A stretch of DNA of 64,000 nt from an uncultured delta proteobacterium (GTDB lineage Bacteria; Desulfobacterota; Binatia; UBA9968), in the NCBI GenBank assembly GCA_963727625.1, contig CAVSHR010000004.1, forward strand, positions 864,001 through 928,000, given 5' to 3'. The notes beneath the pieces were generated by a model, which was given only the letters and a program-made list of their open reading frames with translations, ran no database searches and was not told the origin of the DNA. Of the stretch, positions 47,813 to 57,104 are shown one piece after another. A program made the translations under genes and the position numbers. Within the stretch, counting starts at the first letter, position 1. Every line of letters starts with the position of its first letter.

Positions 47813-50231
47813 GTTTGTCGGCAATCGTTCACGAAGCAAAGAAGGTCCGCGACATGTTACGGGCAGAGGGTTATTCACCGACGATTTCACCCTGCCCGGC
47901 ATGCTCCAGGCGATGATCCTGCGCAGCCCCCATGCTCACGCTAAAATTTTGTCCGTCGATCCGGCCGAGGCGCTCAAGAATCCCAACGTCTTTGCCACGA
48001 TCACGCCGGATGATGTCAAGAAAATGACCAAACCCTTCAAACCCGGCCGTTACGCCGCGGGGTTGAAACGTCCCATCGATGAATACGCCGGAGCGGTGGA
48101 CAAAGTCCGCTATGTCGGCGAGCCGCTCGGCGCGGTGGCGGCCAAAGATCGGGGCACGGCGGAAGACGCTCTGGAATTGATCCAAGTCGAGTATGAGCCC
48201 CTCCGCGCCAATGTCGATGTCCATGAAGCGATCAAGCCGTCGTCCGCGGTGCTCTTCGATGAGCTCGGCACCAATCTCGCGTGGACCGGTTCGCTGCAAT
48301 ACGGCGACATCGATGCAGCGTTCCAATCTGCCGACCGAATCGTCAAAGAGAATTTAAAAATTCACCGTTACAGCTCGACGCCGCTCGAACCTTTCGTGGT
48401 CATCGCGTCCTACGACGCGGCGAGCAAGCGCTTGACCGTATGGGTCACGGCGCAAGTGCCGGAAGTGATCTACGACGGACTGCGCGAAACCCTCGGCCTG
48501 CAGGATGTCCGCGTGATCATTCCGGATGTCGGCGGCGGCTTCGGCCAGAAGATTCATCTGATTCGCAAATACGTCATCCTGATTTCGCTGCTGGCGATGA
48601 AAACCGGCCGGCCGGTGAAATGGATCGAAGACCGCACCGAGCATATGATGGCCGGCGGCCACGCTTGCAACCAAGACGTCGAAGCCCAAGCCGCGGTGAA
48701 AAACGACGGCACCGTGCTCGGTCTCAAGTTCAAAGAATACGACGACGTCGGCGGCTCGATCAGCACCCTGACGATCCACTTCACCAACAAGCTCAATAAT
48801 CTGTCGAACACTTACAAAACACCGGCCATATCCATGGAAGGCCACGCGGTGGTGACCAACAAGTGCCCGGTGGTTCCCAACCGCGGCATCGGCAAGCCCG
48901 GCATGTGCTTTATCTGGGAACGGATGATGGACCGGGTCGCCCAGGCGCTTAACTTGAGCCCCATCGAAGTGCGGCGCAAAAATTTGATCCAGGCCGACCA
49001 GATGCCCTACACCACGATCAGCGGCAACGTTTACGACAGCGGCGATTATCCCGGCCTGCTGAAAACGCTCCTGGAAAAAATCGACTACGACAAGCTCCGC
49101 GACGATCAGAAAAAAGCCCGCGCGGAAGGCAAGCTCATGGGCATCGGCGTCGTCATCGGTGTCGAGCCCGGCGGACGCAACGCCGCGCGCGACATGGCGA
49201 TCTTTCCGGAAATGAAAGAGCCGCCCGGCTCCGGCGGCATCAACGGCGCAAAAATCAAACTCGAGAAGAACGGCACGCTCTCGCTCCATCTGGGCTCGCC
49301 CAACTGCGGCCAGGCCCATGAGACCACCACCGCGCAGGTCGCCGCCGAGATTCTCGGCTCGACGCCGGACAGAATCAGCACCAGCATCCCCTTCGATAGC
49401 GATCTGTCTTCGTGGGGCGTGGCGGCGGCCAACAGCGGCAATAATTTTCATCTCTACGACATCGGCGCGATTCACGGCGCGGCCCATAAGCTGCGCGATA
49501 AAATCCTCAAGCTCGCGGCCTACAATCTCAAAGTCGAGCCGTCGGCGTTATCCATCGAAGACAGCGTAGTGAAAGTGCCCGGCGCGCCGGCCAAACAAAT
49601 CACCTTCGCCGAGCTCGGCCGGATCGCCTACAACAACCAGCATCTGATTCCAGACGATATGGAGGCCGGACTGGAGGCGACCCATTACTACACGTTTCCC
49701 CACGCCAAGCCCAATATCGTGCCCGGCGCCGACCGCAGGGTGCGCGCCCAGTTCTCCTTTTCCGCCGGTGCCCACGCGGCCATCGTGGAAGTGGACAAGA
49801 ATACCGGCTCGGTGCATGTGCTGCGCTATCTGATCGTCGGCGACAACGGCGTGGTGATCAATCCGGACGTGGTCAACGGGCAGGTCTACGGCTCCGCCGC
49901 GCACGGTATCGCTGTCGCGCTCGGCGAGGGGTTCATGTACAGCCCGGAAGGGCAGCCGTTGACGATCACTTATCTCGACTACGGCAAATGTTCGACAGCC
50001 GAGACACCGCGGGTCGAGGTCATCCATCAGCCCTCCCCCTCGCCGTTTACGGCGCTGGGGCAGAAGGCCGCCGGCGAAGGCGCGGCGATCCCCTCGCCCG
50101 CCGCCATCGCCAGCGCGGTGGAAGACGCGCTCCAACCGTTCGGCGTGAAAGTTTGCGATCTTCCGATCACACCGGAATCGGTGTGGCGCTTGATCAACCA
50201 CAATCCGGAAAAAGAGCGGAGGACCTTCTAG
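47805..50231 (+). CDS. CoxL-like molybdenum hydroxylase large subunit (not form I CODH)
   Basis: RSPHAHA, DVGGGFGQK, VKWIEDR, active-site loop PNRGIG and GQKAAGE. Confidence 0.9.
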   Translation: MAKFVGNRSRSKEGPRHVTGRGLFTDDFTLPGMLQAMILRSPHAHAKILSVDPAEALKNPNVFATITPDDVKKMTKPFKPGRYAAGLKRPIDEYAGAVDKVRYVGEPLGAVAAKDRGTAEDALELIQVEYEPLRANVDVHEAIKPSSAVLFDELGTNLAWTGSLQYGDIDAAFQSADRIVKENLKIHRYSSTPLEPFVVIASYDAASKRLTVWVTAQVPEVIYDGLRETLGLQDVRVIIPDVGGGFGQKIHLIRKYVILISLLAMKTGRPVKWIEDRTEHMMAGGHACNQDVEAQAAVKNDGTVLGLKFKEYDDVGGSISTLTIHFTNKLNNLSNTYKTPAISMEGHAVVTNKCPVVPNRGIGKPGMCFIWERMMDRVAQALNLSPIEVRRKNLIQADQMPYTTISGNVYDSGDYPGLLKTLLEKIDYDKLRDDQKKARAEGKLMGIGVVIGVEPGGRNAARDMAIFPEMKEPPGSGGINGAKIKLEKNGTLSLHLGSPNCGQAHETTTAQVAAEILGSTPDRISTSIPFDSDLSSWGVAAANSGNNFHLYDIGAIHGAAHKLRDKILKLAAYNLKVEPSALSIEDSVVKVPGAPAKQITFAELGRIAYNNQHLIPDDMEAGLEATHYYTFPHAKPNIVPGADRRVRAQFSFSAGAHAAIVEVDKNTGSVHVLRYLIVGDNGVVINPDVVNGQVYGSAAHGIAVALGEGFMYSPEGQPLTITYLDYGKCSTAETPRVEVIHQPSPSPFTALGQKAAGEGAAIPSPAAIASAVEDALQPFGVKVCDLPITPESVWRLINHNPEKERRTF

Positions 50232-51089
50232 ATGATTCCCGGTGCTTTCGAATACTATGCGCCCCGCACTTTGAGCGATGCGGTGAGATTCCTCGCCGAC
50301 CATAGAGACGATGTAAAAATACTTTCCGGCGGCCAGAGCCTGCTGCCGCTCATGAAGATGCGCTTGTCCAAGCCCGCTTTTGTCGTCGACATCGGCCGCA
50401 TACCCGGTCTCGACACCATCCAACAGGAAGGCGACGATCTCGTCGTCGGCGCGCTGGTGACCCACGAACAAATCGAGCACTCCGATCTGCTCAAATTGAA
50501 ATGCCCGCTACTGCCTCAGACCGCGACGACCATCGCCGACGTCCAGGTGCGTAACCGCGGCACCATCGGAGGCAGCGTCGCCCACGCCGATCCGGCCGGG
50601 GATTGGCCGGCAACCGTTATGGCGCTGGACGCGGAAATCAAGATCGTCGGGCCCAACGGCGAGCGCTGGATTAAATGCGATGAGTTTTTTCTCGGGTTGC
50701 TCATGAGCGTGCTCGAGCCGGACGAGATCGTCACGGCGATAAAGGTGCCGGTTACCGGCGCGGATAAAACCGCTTATTTAAAAGCCGCGCCGCGCTCTTC
50801 CGGTTTTGCCGTCGTCGGCGTCGCCGTACGACTGGCTCTGGATTCTGCGGGAACTTGCAGTGGCGCTACGGTCGGCATCACCGGCGTCACCGATAAGGCC
50901 TACCGTGCCGACCGCGTCGAACAAATACTTACGGGCAAGAAGCTGGAAGCAGCCGTGATTCAACAAGCAGCTGCCCAAGCCTGCCGCAACATCGAAGTGA
51001 TCGAAGACATCAACGGCTCTTCCGAGTACCGCAAGCACTTGACCGAAGTGTATGTGGCGCGGACTATAGAGACGGCGCTGCGGCGCTAG
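50232..51089 (+). CDS. CoxM-like FAD-binding subunit
   Basis: MIPGAFEY, SGGQSLLP and VRNRGTIGGSVAHADP motifs. Confidence 0.93.
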   Translation: MIPGAFEYYAPRTLSDAVRFLADHRDDVKILSGGQSLLPLMKMRLSKPAFVVDIGRIPGLDTIQQEGDDLVVGALVTHEQIEHSDLLKLKCPLLPQTATTIADVQVRNRGTIGGSVAHADPAGDWPATVMALDAEIKIVGPNGERWIKCDEFFLGLLMSVLEPDEIVTAIKVPVTGADKTAYLKAAPRSSGFAVVGVAVRLALDSAGTCSGATVGITGVTDKAYRADRVEQILTGKKLEAAVIQQAAAQACRNIEVIEDINGSSEYRKHLTEVYVARTIETALRR

Positions 51090-51170
51090 CCAACCTCGCT
51101 ACCCCCTTTCAACCCGCTTCGAGACGACGACCGGCGCTCCCGCCGCGCAAGTTCCCCCCGGGAAACGCGG

Positions 51171-52055
51171 CTAAAGCATCCGTCTCCGTAAATACGAACT
51201 TAGGTAATCCACCAGCGTTACCAGAATATAGATCGCCATGATCAGCGTCAGCAACTGATTTTCGAGAAACAAGCTGATGGCGATATAGATGCGCTGTCCC
51301 AGGCCGCCCGCGCCGACAAAGCCGAGGACGGCGGCGACGCGGATATTCACCTCCCAACGATAAAGCGTGTAAGAAATAAATTGCGGCAGGACCTGCGGCA
51401 CGATCCCGTAGAAAAAAATTTGCAACTTGTTGGCGCCAGTGGCTTGCAGCGATTCGATGGGCTGAGGATCGACGTCCTCCAGAACCTCACCGAACAATTT
51501 GCCGAGCACGCCGCCCGTGTGAACGCCCAGAGCCAAGACACCGGGAAATGGGCCTAAACCGACGAGGAATACAAAAATCAACGCCCAAACCATTTCCGGT
51601 ATCGTGCGCAGGATATTAAGCAAGCTCTTGGCAACTAGGTAGGGCAGGAAACGCAGGCCGCGGCGCCAGCCCTGTTTAGGCTCCATCTCGTATAGCAGTC
51701 CCGAGTAAATCAGATTGCGCGACGCAAAAAAGACCATCGCCAGCGCGATCACCACCGCCATCAGGGTGCCCATGAACGATATTGCGAAGGTCTCGACCGA
51801 GCCCGTGGCCGCTTCGCGCAGAACGGTGGGCGAAAAATCGGGCGGGACGAGCCTCGTCATGTAGATAAGAATCTGCTCGCCGCCATCGCGACTGAAGAGC
51901 TGGGTGAGATCGATGCCGGCACCGCGGTAACTCCACACGAGAAATACCAACATGCCGGCAAGAACCAGCGTGTTGGCGATCTTCGAACTCTTCCCGGATA
52001 CCGCACCCGAGACCGGTATCGTCTCGCAGCTATTGGGATTCATCGGCCGGCTCAT
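51171..52055 (-). CDS. PhnE/PtxC-family ABC permease
   Basis: LRTIPEMVWALIF, LGKLFGE and YRWEVNIR..GAGGLG motifs. Confidence 0.9.
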   Translation of the reverse strand: MSRPMNPNSCETIPVSGAVSGKSSKIANTLVLAGMLVFLVWSYRGAGIDLTQLFSRDGGEQILIYMTRLVPPDFSPTVLREAATGSVETFAISFMGTLMAVVIALAMVFFASRNLIYSGLLYEMEPKQGWRRGLRFLPYLVAKSLLNILRTIPEMVWALIFVFLVGLGPFPGVLALGVHTGGVLGKLFGEVLEDVDPQPIESLQATGANKLQIFFYGIVPQVLPQFISYTLYRWEVNIRVAAVLGFVGAGGLGQRIYIAISLFLENQLLTLIMAIYILVTLVDYLSSYLRRRML

Positions 52056-52906
52056 ATCATCGCGCGCACCTTGGCGCTCACGTAATCGACCGCCGCCACC
52101 ATGACGAACAGAATCATGAGAATCGTCAGCACCTCGTTGAAATTGAACATGCGCATGGAAATCTCAATCTGCTGGCCCAAGCCCCCCGCGCCGACCAGGC
52201 CAAGAATCGCCGACGCGCGCACCGCGCATTCCCAACGGTATAAAGTGTAGGAGACGAAATTTGGCAGGGCTTGGGGAAACCAGCCGTAGAAAAAAATTTG
52301 CAGCTTGTTGGCGCCGACGGCCTGCAGCGCCTCGAGCGGGCGGTGATTGACCGCTTCGAAAATTTCAGAATATACCTTGCCGAGCATACCGCCGTAAGCG
52401 ACACCGATCGCCAGCACGCCCGGAAACGGCCCCAGTCCGACAGCGCGCACGAACATAAATGCCCAGACAAACTCGGGGATACAGCGAAACAGGCTAAGGA
52501 CGCCGCGCGCGAAAGCATAGGCAGCGTAGCGCATCCCCTTGCGCAGCGGCGTTCCCTGCAACTCCGCTTCATTGAGGATGCCCCGAACGGTCAGCGTATT
52601 GGTGCCGAGCAAGCCGAGCGGAAAGCCAATCAGCACGGCGATGAGAATGCCCCAAAAAGAGATTTGAATGGTTTCCAGGGTCGGTCGCAGCATGAGCGAC
52701 AAAAAACTGCCGGAAAGCTCCGGCGGAAACATTCCGGTAATGAATTTTCCCAACGCCGCTCTGCCGCGCGGCTCGAAGAAAATCATCGGATCGACACCAG
52801 CCCGCCGCCAGCTTTCGACCACGGCGAAAATGAAGAGCCCGATAAAAACGTAAGGGAAAAGAGACTTATCCGACTGACGGATAGGCGACTGGACCGATTC
52901 TTTCAC
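52052..52906 (-). CDS. PhnE/PtxC-family ABC permease
   Basis: RCIPEFVWA, LGKVYSE and YRWECAVR..GAGGLG motifs; GTG start with RBS. Confidence 0.9.
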   Translation of the reverse strand: MKESVQSPIRQSDKSLFPYVFIGLFIFAVVESWRRAGVDPMIFFEPRGRAALGKFITGMFPPELSGSFLSLMLRPTLETIQISFWGILIAVLIGFPLGLLGTNTLTVRGILNEAELQGTPLRKGMRYAAYAFARGVLSLFRCIPEFVWAFMFVRAVGLGPFPGVLAIGVAYGGMLGKVYSEIFEAVNHRPLEALQAVGANKLQIFFYGWFPQALPNFVSYTLYRWECAVRASAILGLVGAGGLGQQIEISMRMFNFNEVLTILMILFVMVAAVDYVSAKVRAMI

Positions 52907-53696
52907 TCGCTCCCTCGACGCTGGAGTGATCGCGGAAATTGCCGGAGTACAAATCCTCGAGCATCGCATCCGTGATCTTGTCAGGCGCGAGATCGAAGGC
53001 TATCTTGCCCGCTTTTATACCAATGACGCGGGGGAAATAGGCCAGGGCCAGGTCGACGCTGTGAAGACTGACGATCAGTGTTTTCGCGGTGTTTTGGCTG
53101 ATTTCGATCAACAACCGAACGATGGTTGTGGCCAGCGTGGGATCGACCGAAGAAACCGGTTCATCGGCGAGAACCACCTCAGGACCTTGCATCAACACCC
53201 GGGCGATCGCGACCCGTTGCTGTTGCCCGCCGGACAGCTCGTCGGTGCGCTCGAAAAGTTTCTCACCGATGCCAACCCGGCTGAGCGCTTCGTGGGCCAG
53301 CGTCACATTCGCAGGTTTCACCAAAGACCACAGCGAACGGAGTGTCGACCAGCCGCCCAGTTGCCCGGCCAGGACGTTGTGAATCACGCGCAGGCGGGGC
53401 ACGAGATTGTGCTGCTGGTATACACTGCCGATAAGACGGCGCGTGCGCCGCAAATCCTTACCGTGCAGCGCTTGTACATCTTCCCCGCTGATCCAGAGCT
53501 TCCCCGAGGTCGGCCTTAACGTACAATTTAGCAGGCGAAACAGTGTAGTCTTACCGGCACCGCTCGGTCCGATCAGAGCGACGCGCTGGCCTTTGGCGAT
53601 CTCAACACTGACGCCATCGAGGGCAACTTGATGGCGGCCAAACAGCTTGCGGACGTTTTCTAAGCGATACTGGAACTTCGATGGCAATGGACTCAC
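52866..53696 (-). CDS. PhnC-family ABC ATPase
   Basis: GPSGAGKT, LSGGQQQRV, LADEP and SLH motifs. Confidence 0.93.
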   Translation of the reverse strand: MSPLPSKFQYRLENVRKLFGRHQVALDGVSVEIAKGQRVALIGPSGAGKTTLFRLLNCTLRPTSGKLWISGEDVQALHGKDLRRTRRLIGSVYQQHNLVPRLRVIHNVLAGQLGGWSTLRSLWSLVKPANVTLAHEALSRVGIGEKLFERTDELSGGQQQRVAIARVLMQGPEVVLADEPVSSVDPTLATTIVRLLIEISQNTAKTLIVSLHSVDLALAYFPRVIGIKAGKIAFDLAPDKITDAMLEDLYSGNFRDHSSVEGASERIGPVAYPSVG

Positions 53697-53699
53697 GCG

Positions 53700-54557
53700 T
53701 TATTTAAGCAACCCCGCGGCAATCGCCGCTTCTTCGATGCCCTTCCAGTCCGCATCCTTGGCGACGATGTAGCCTTTGGTCCGATGCAGATCGAGAAGTT
53801 TCTTGTCTTTCGGTTTTCTGTAGTCGAGCTTCAAAAACGCCTTGGTAATCTTGTCGACCGTCCCTTTGTCGACTCCGGCGCGCACCATCCAGACATAATC
53901 AACATAAGGAGGAGTCGTCCAGAAAATCACCACCTTTTTGGTGTCCACCTTCTTGGATTGCACCAGCTTGTCCCAAACCAGAAAATTGAGCGCGCCCGCG
54001 TCTACCTGCCCCGCTTCAACCCAAGCCGCGGTGGCGTCATGAGCGCCGCTGAAACTGAACTTGGAAAAATCCTTTTCAGGATTGATTCCGTTCTTAAGCA
54101 GATAATAACGCGGCATGAGATGCCCGGAGGTTGAGCTGACGCTGCCGAAGGCGAAGGTTTTGCCCTTGAGATCCTTCAAAGACTTGATACCGGTTTCTTT
54201 GCGGGTAATGAAATAACTTTTGAATTGCGCGTCCTCTTTGCGCATGATGATGCGGTGCGCTCCTTTGGCCTGTTTCGCTGCTTGGACGGAGGTCAAGCCG
54301 CCGTACCACACCATCTCCAAGCGATTCGCCGCCAGGCCTTCCACCGTCGCGGCGTAATCGACCACAGGGGTGAATTTCACCGGTATCCCGATCTCTTTGG
54401 TCAGATAATCCGCGAACGGCTGGTAAATCCGCAGCATTTCTTGCGGGTTTTCATCCGGGATCGCCGAAATCCGCAGCGCTTTCAAAGCTTGAGCTGAAAC
54501 GTTCTGAGTGAACAGTGCGAGCAGCAGCGCGAAACCCATTGTGAGTGTTTTATTCAT
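53700..54557 (-). CDS. PhnD-like substrate-binding protein, putative selenate-transporter clade
   Basis: ISAIPDE, PVVDYAATVE, VWYGGLTSVQA, SSTSGHLMPRY, SGAHDAT, GALNFLVW and TPPYVDY. As I recall, this pattern matches the selenium-associated clade. Confidence 0.78.
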   Translation of the reverse strand: MNKTLTMGFALLLALFTQNVSAQALKALRISAIPDENPQEMLRIYQPFADYLTKEIGIPVKFTPVVDYAATVEGLAANRLEMVWYGGLTSVQAAKQAKGAHRIIMRKEDAQFKSYFITRKETGIKSLKDLKGKTFAFGSVSSTSGHLMPRYYLLKNGINPEKDFSKFSFSGAHDATAAWVEAGQVDAGALNFLVWDKLVQSKKVDTKKVVIFWTTPPYVDYVWMVRAGVDKGTVDKITKAFLKLDYRKPKDKKLLDLHRTKGYIVAKDADWKGIEEAAIAAGLLK

Positions 54558-54611
54558 CGACAATTCCTCCAAGACTCCATCGACGGTTAATTAAACTTAA
54601 ATAACAAGAAA

Positions 54612-54642
54612 AACTATATGTCAAATAGAATTGATCTATGGA
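54612..54642 (-). promoter_or_regulatory. LysR-type operator ATAG-N7-CTAT next to a TTGACA -35 box
   Basis: ATAGAATTGATCTAT at 54625-54639; TTGACA on the minus strand at 54619-54624; 21/31 identical to 57032-57062. Confidence 0.75.
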
Positions 54643-54729
54643 CCCGGACAAGTCCGGCTTCGCAACCATCGAATTGCCGATTTCAACGGCAGGAAGGGTC
54701 TGAATCCAGTCCAAAGGCGCAGAACGGTG

Positions 54730-55200
54730 CTAAGAATTTTCCCTGAGAAACGCCAAAACTTCTTGGGGATGGGCCTCGGCTTTCTTAACGGCAGGCCAAT
54801 GTTTGACGACTTCGCCCTTCGGTCCGATCACAACGGTGGAACGGATCGTGCCTTCGACTTCTTTGCCGTACATCATCTTCCGTCCCCACGCGCCGTATTT
54901 CTTCATCATTTCGGTTTTCGGGTCCGACAACAAAACGAAGGGCAGCTTGAAACTTTCAACGAACTTGTTATGCGACGCGATGCTGTCCTTGCTCACACCG
55001 AGCACGACAACACCGGACTTTTTCAAGTTCGGTGTCAGATCGCGGAACCCACAGGCTTCTTTGGCGCAGCCCGGGGTGTTGTCCTTGGGATAGAAATACA
55101 ACACCAGAGTCCTGCCCTTGTAATCGTCCAGCGAGTGTTTTTTCCCGTCGTTGCCATCGAGGCTGAACGCCGGCGCTTTTTTGCCTTCAAGATTTTTCAT
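54730..55200 (-). CDS. bcp: BCP/PrxQ peroxiredoxin (Cys form)
   Basis: [20 protein letters not shown]; GAGGAG RBS. Confidence 0.93.
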   Translation of the reverse strand: MKNLEGKKAPAFSLDGNDGKKHSLDDYKGRTLVLYFYPKDNTPGCAKEACGFRDLTPNLKKSGVVVLGVSKDSIASHNKFVESFKLPFVLLSDPKTEMMKKYGAWGRKMMYGKEVEGTIRSTVVIGPKGEVVKHWPAVKKAEAHPQEVLAFLRENS

Positions 55201-55337
55201 CGGTATTTAATTCCTCCTCGATGGCTGCCGTAATTTTTCTTAGATAACGGAAATACCCGTCATGCCAACAGAGCCGGCTCGGCGTTGCCTGTCTAAAAGA
55301 GGCTCATCTGAGCCGATCCATGGGACATTCCCGGTGT

Positions 55338-55619
55338 TCATTCGGTCACGTTGACGCCACGCCAAAACGCGACGTAGTTCCTGATTCGCTGTGCCGCCTG
55401 CTTGGGCTCGGGGTAGTACCAGGCGGCGTCTTGATTCAACTGGTCGCCGACCTGCACGTGATAGTAGCTGGCCAGTCCCTTCCATGGGCAGGTCGTGTGC
55501 TTGTCGCTGGGACGAAAAAGGTCTCGCTTCACCGAGTTCGGCGGAAAATAGTGATTGCCCTCCACTTGAAGGGTTTGATCAGACTCTGCCAAGACCGCCC
55601 CGTGCCAAATTGCCTTCAT
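55338..55619 (-). CDS. DUF427 protein
   Basis: VEGNHYFP, TCPWKGLASYY and AAWYYPEP motifs. Confidence 0.92.
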   Translation of the reverse strand: MKAIWHGAVLAESDQTLQVEGNHYFPPNSVKRDLFRPSDKHTTCPWKGLASYYHVQVGDQLNQDAAWYYPEPKQAAQRIRNYVAFWRGVNVTE

Positions 55620-55648
55620 TTGATTCTCCTCCCAAGGTCCGACGACTG

Positions 55649-57005
55649 CTATGAGACACAGCGAAACTTTGCAAAGACATAGGGATAATGAGCCTGATAC
55701 CAATTGCGGAAGCTTGGCCGCAACAAATTCGCATCCGTCGCCCAGGATGCGCCTTTGAGGACAAAATGCTTGCCGTCGAAAAAATCCCGCGAATAATCCG
55801 GATAGCTTTCAATATAGGATGAAAAGCCTGGAAAGGGCTCAAACGGCGTGTCGGTCAGCTCCCAGCCATTGCCGACCAGTTCGAGCACTCCCCAGCGGCT
55901 CGCTCCCGCCAGGCGGGAGCCAACGGGTAGCGGCGCCCAGGAAAGAAAATCAAAATTACCATGGCGAGCGCCGGGAGCTGAATTGCCCCATGGATGTTCC
56001 GACTTCCGCCCGTCGGGGCCGTAATAGGCCGCGCGGTGAAATTCTGCCTCGGTCGGCAAGCGCTTGCCCGCCCAGCGCGCATAAGCCCGGGCCTCCGCCA
56101 AGCTCACGTATACCGGCCAGCTAGCCGCCTGTTGCAGTGGAAAGCTGTCGAACATCGCACGATAAAACCATGCGCCGTCGCGCTGAAACCAACACGCGGG
56201 ACAGCGCTTTCCTTCGAGATTTTTCCAGCGCCAATCTTCCCGCCGCCAGTGGCGCGCGTCCTGGTAGCCCCCGGATGCGACAAATTCGAAAAACGTCCCC
56301 GTTGCTAACCGGTAGCGAGTCGATTTTGAATGCCGGCACGTCAACGAACCTCTCGTCGAATTCATTGTCCCAACCGAAAGATATCTCGCCGAGTTTTGCG
56401 CCCAACCTTGCGCGACCGGCGGGAATCGTGATGGCGTGCGAAAACGCCGCGGTCTGAAACGAGTACTGAGGCGCGAACTTGGCCCGTCGCTTCCGTGCCG
56501 GCGGCACTCGCTGAAGCATGTAAGCGAGCGTCTCCTGATGCATGTACTCATGCTCCAGGATCATTTGAAACACCCGCCCGTTCTGCGCCATGGGACTGTT
56601 CGATCGCGAGCCGCCGAGCGCTTCCAATGACTCCAAAATCGCCCCACGCACATGATCGCGGTACTCAAGCGTCTCCGCCAGACTCGGCCAGCTCTCCGGC
56701 ACTTCCGGGTGCCAGTGGCATTCCCCTGTGTCCACGTCCGGATCGATACCGCGGCAGAAAAGATCGTCGAAATAGGGATTGAAGGATTTCCAATGGAGCA
56801 AAGCGCCGCAAACCTGGTTCCAGGAAAACGCCGGCAGATGGCCGATATAGAATATAAACGGATGGCGCCAAACGATCGGCTGGGCCTGGATCTCGTCGGC
56901 CGGAAGCATCGCAAAGATTTTATCGGTGCGCGCCCAGGCGGCAAGAAACAGGCCGCGAAGCTCCTCCATCGTGTCAAGCACATTGCGGATAACCGGTAGT
57001 GCCAT
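55649..57005 (-). pseudogene. EgtB/OvoA-family non-heme iron sulfoxide/selenoxide synthase (DinB-like + FGE domains), one frameshift at about 56294
   Basis: RHPFIFYIGH, EHEYMHQE and FGWDNE in the first frame; RLPTEAE, GNGWE, YPDYS and RPSFRNWY in the second. Removing one base gives a 451-aa ORF. Confidence 0.85.
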
Positions 57006-57031
57006 GGCCCCTCCCTTCGTAAATCGTTTTT

Positions 57032-57062
57032 AACTATTTACTAAATAGCTACAGTCTATGGA
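57032..57062 (-). promoter_or_regulatory. LysR-type operator ATAG-N7-CTAT upstream of the synthase gene
   Basis: ATAGCTACAGTCTAT at 57045-57059, with a second degenerate box (ATAG-N7-CGAT on the minus strand) 22 bp downstream. Confidence 0.75.
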
Positions 57063-57104
57063 AGAGCGCGAAGAGATTTTTTGGGGGCGACGGAATGAGG
57101 GAAT

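Noticed and set aside
47339-51089. Aerobic CO dehydrogenase (coxSLM)
   Set aside because: The L subunit lacks AYxCSFR (it has PNRGIG), and no coxDEFG accessory genes are present.
36685-51089. Selenium-dependent molybdenum hydroxylase system
   Set aside because: Only proximity to the Se locus supports it; no yqeB/yqeC or selD genes are seen.
51171-54557. Phosphonate utilisation (phn) operon
   Set aside because: No C-P lyase or ptxD genes are present; the SBP motifs and context point to the selenium-associated clade.
55649-57005. Definite senA, egtB or ovoA assignment
   Set aside because: Motifs are mixed (OvoA-like N-terminus, no methyltransferase domain, RNWY), and partner genes are absent from the window. 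The family is clear but the product is not.
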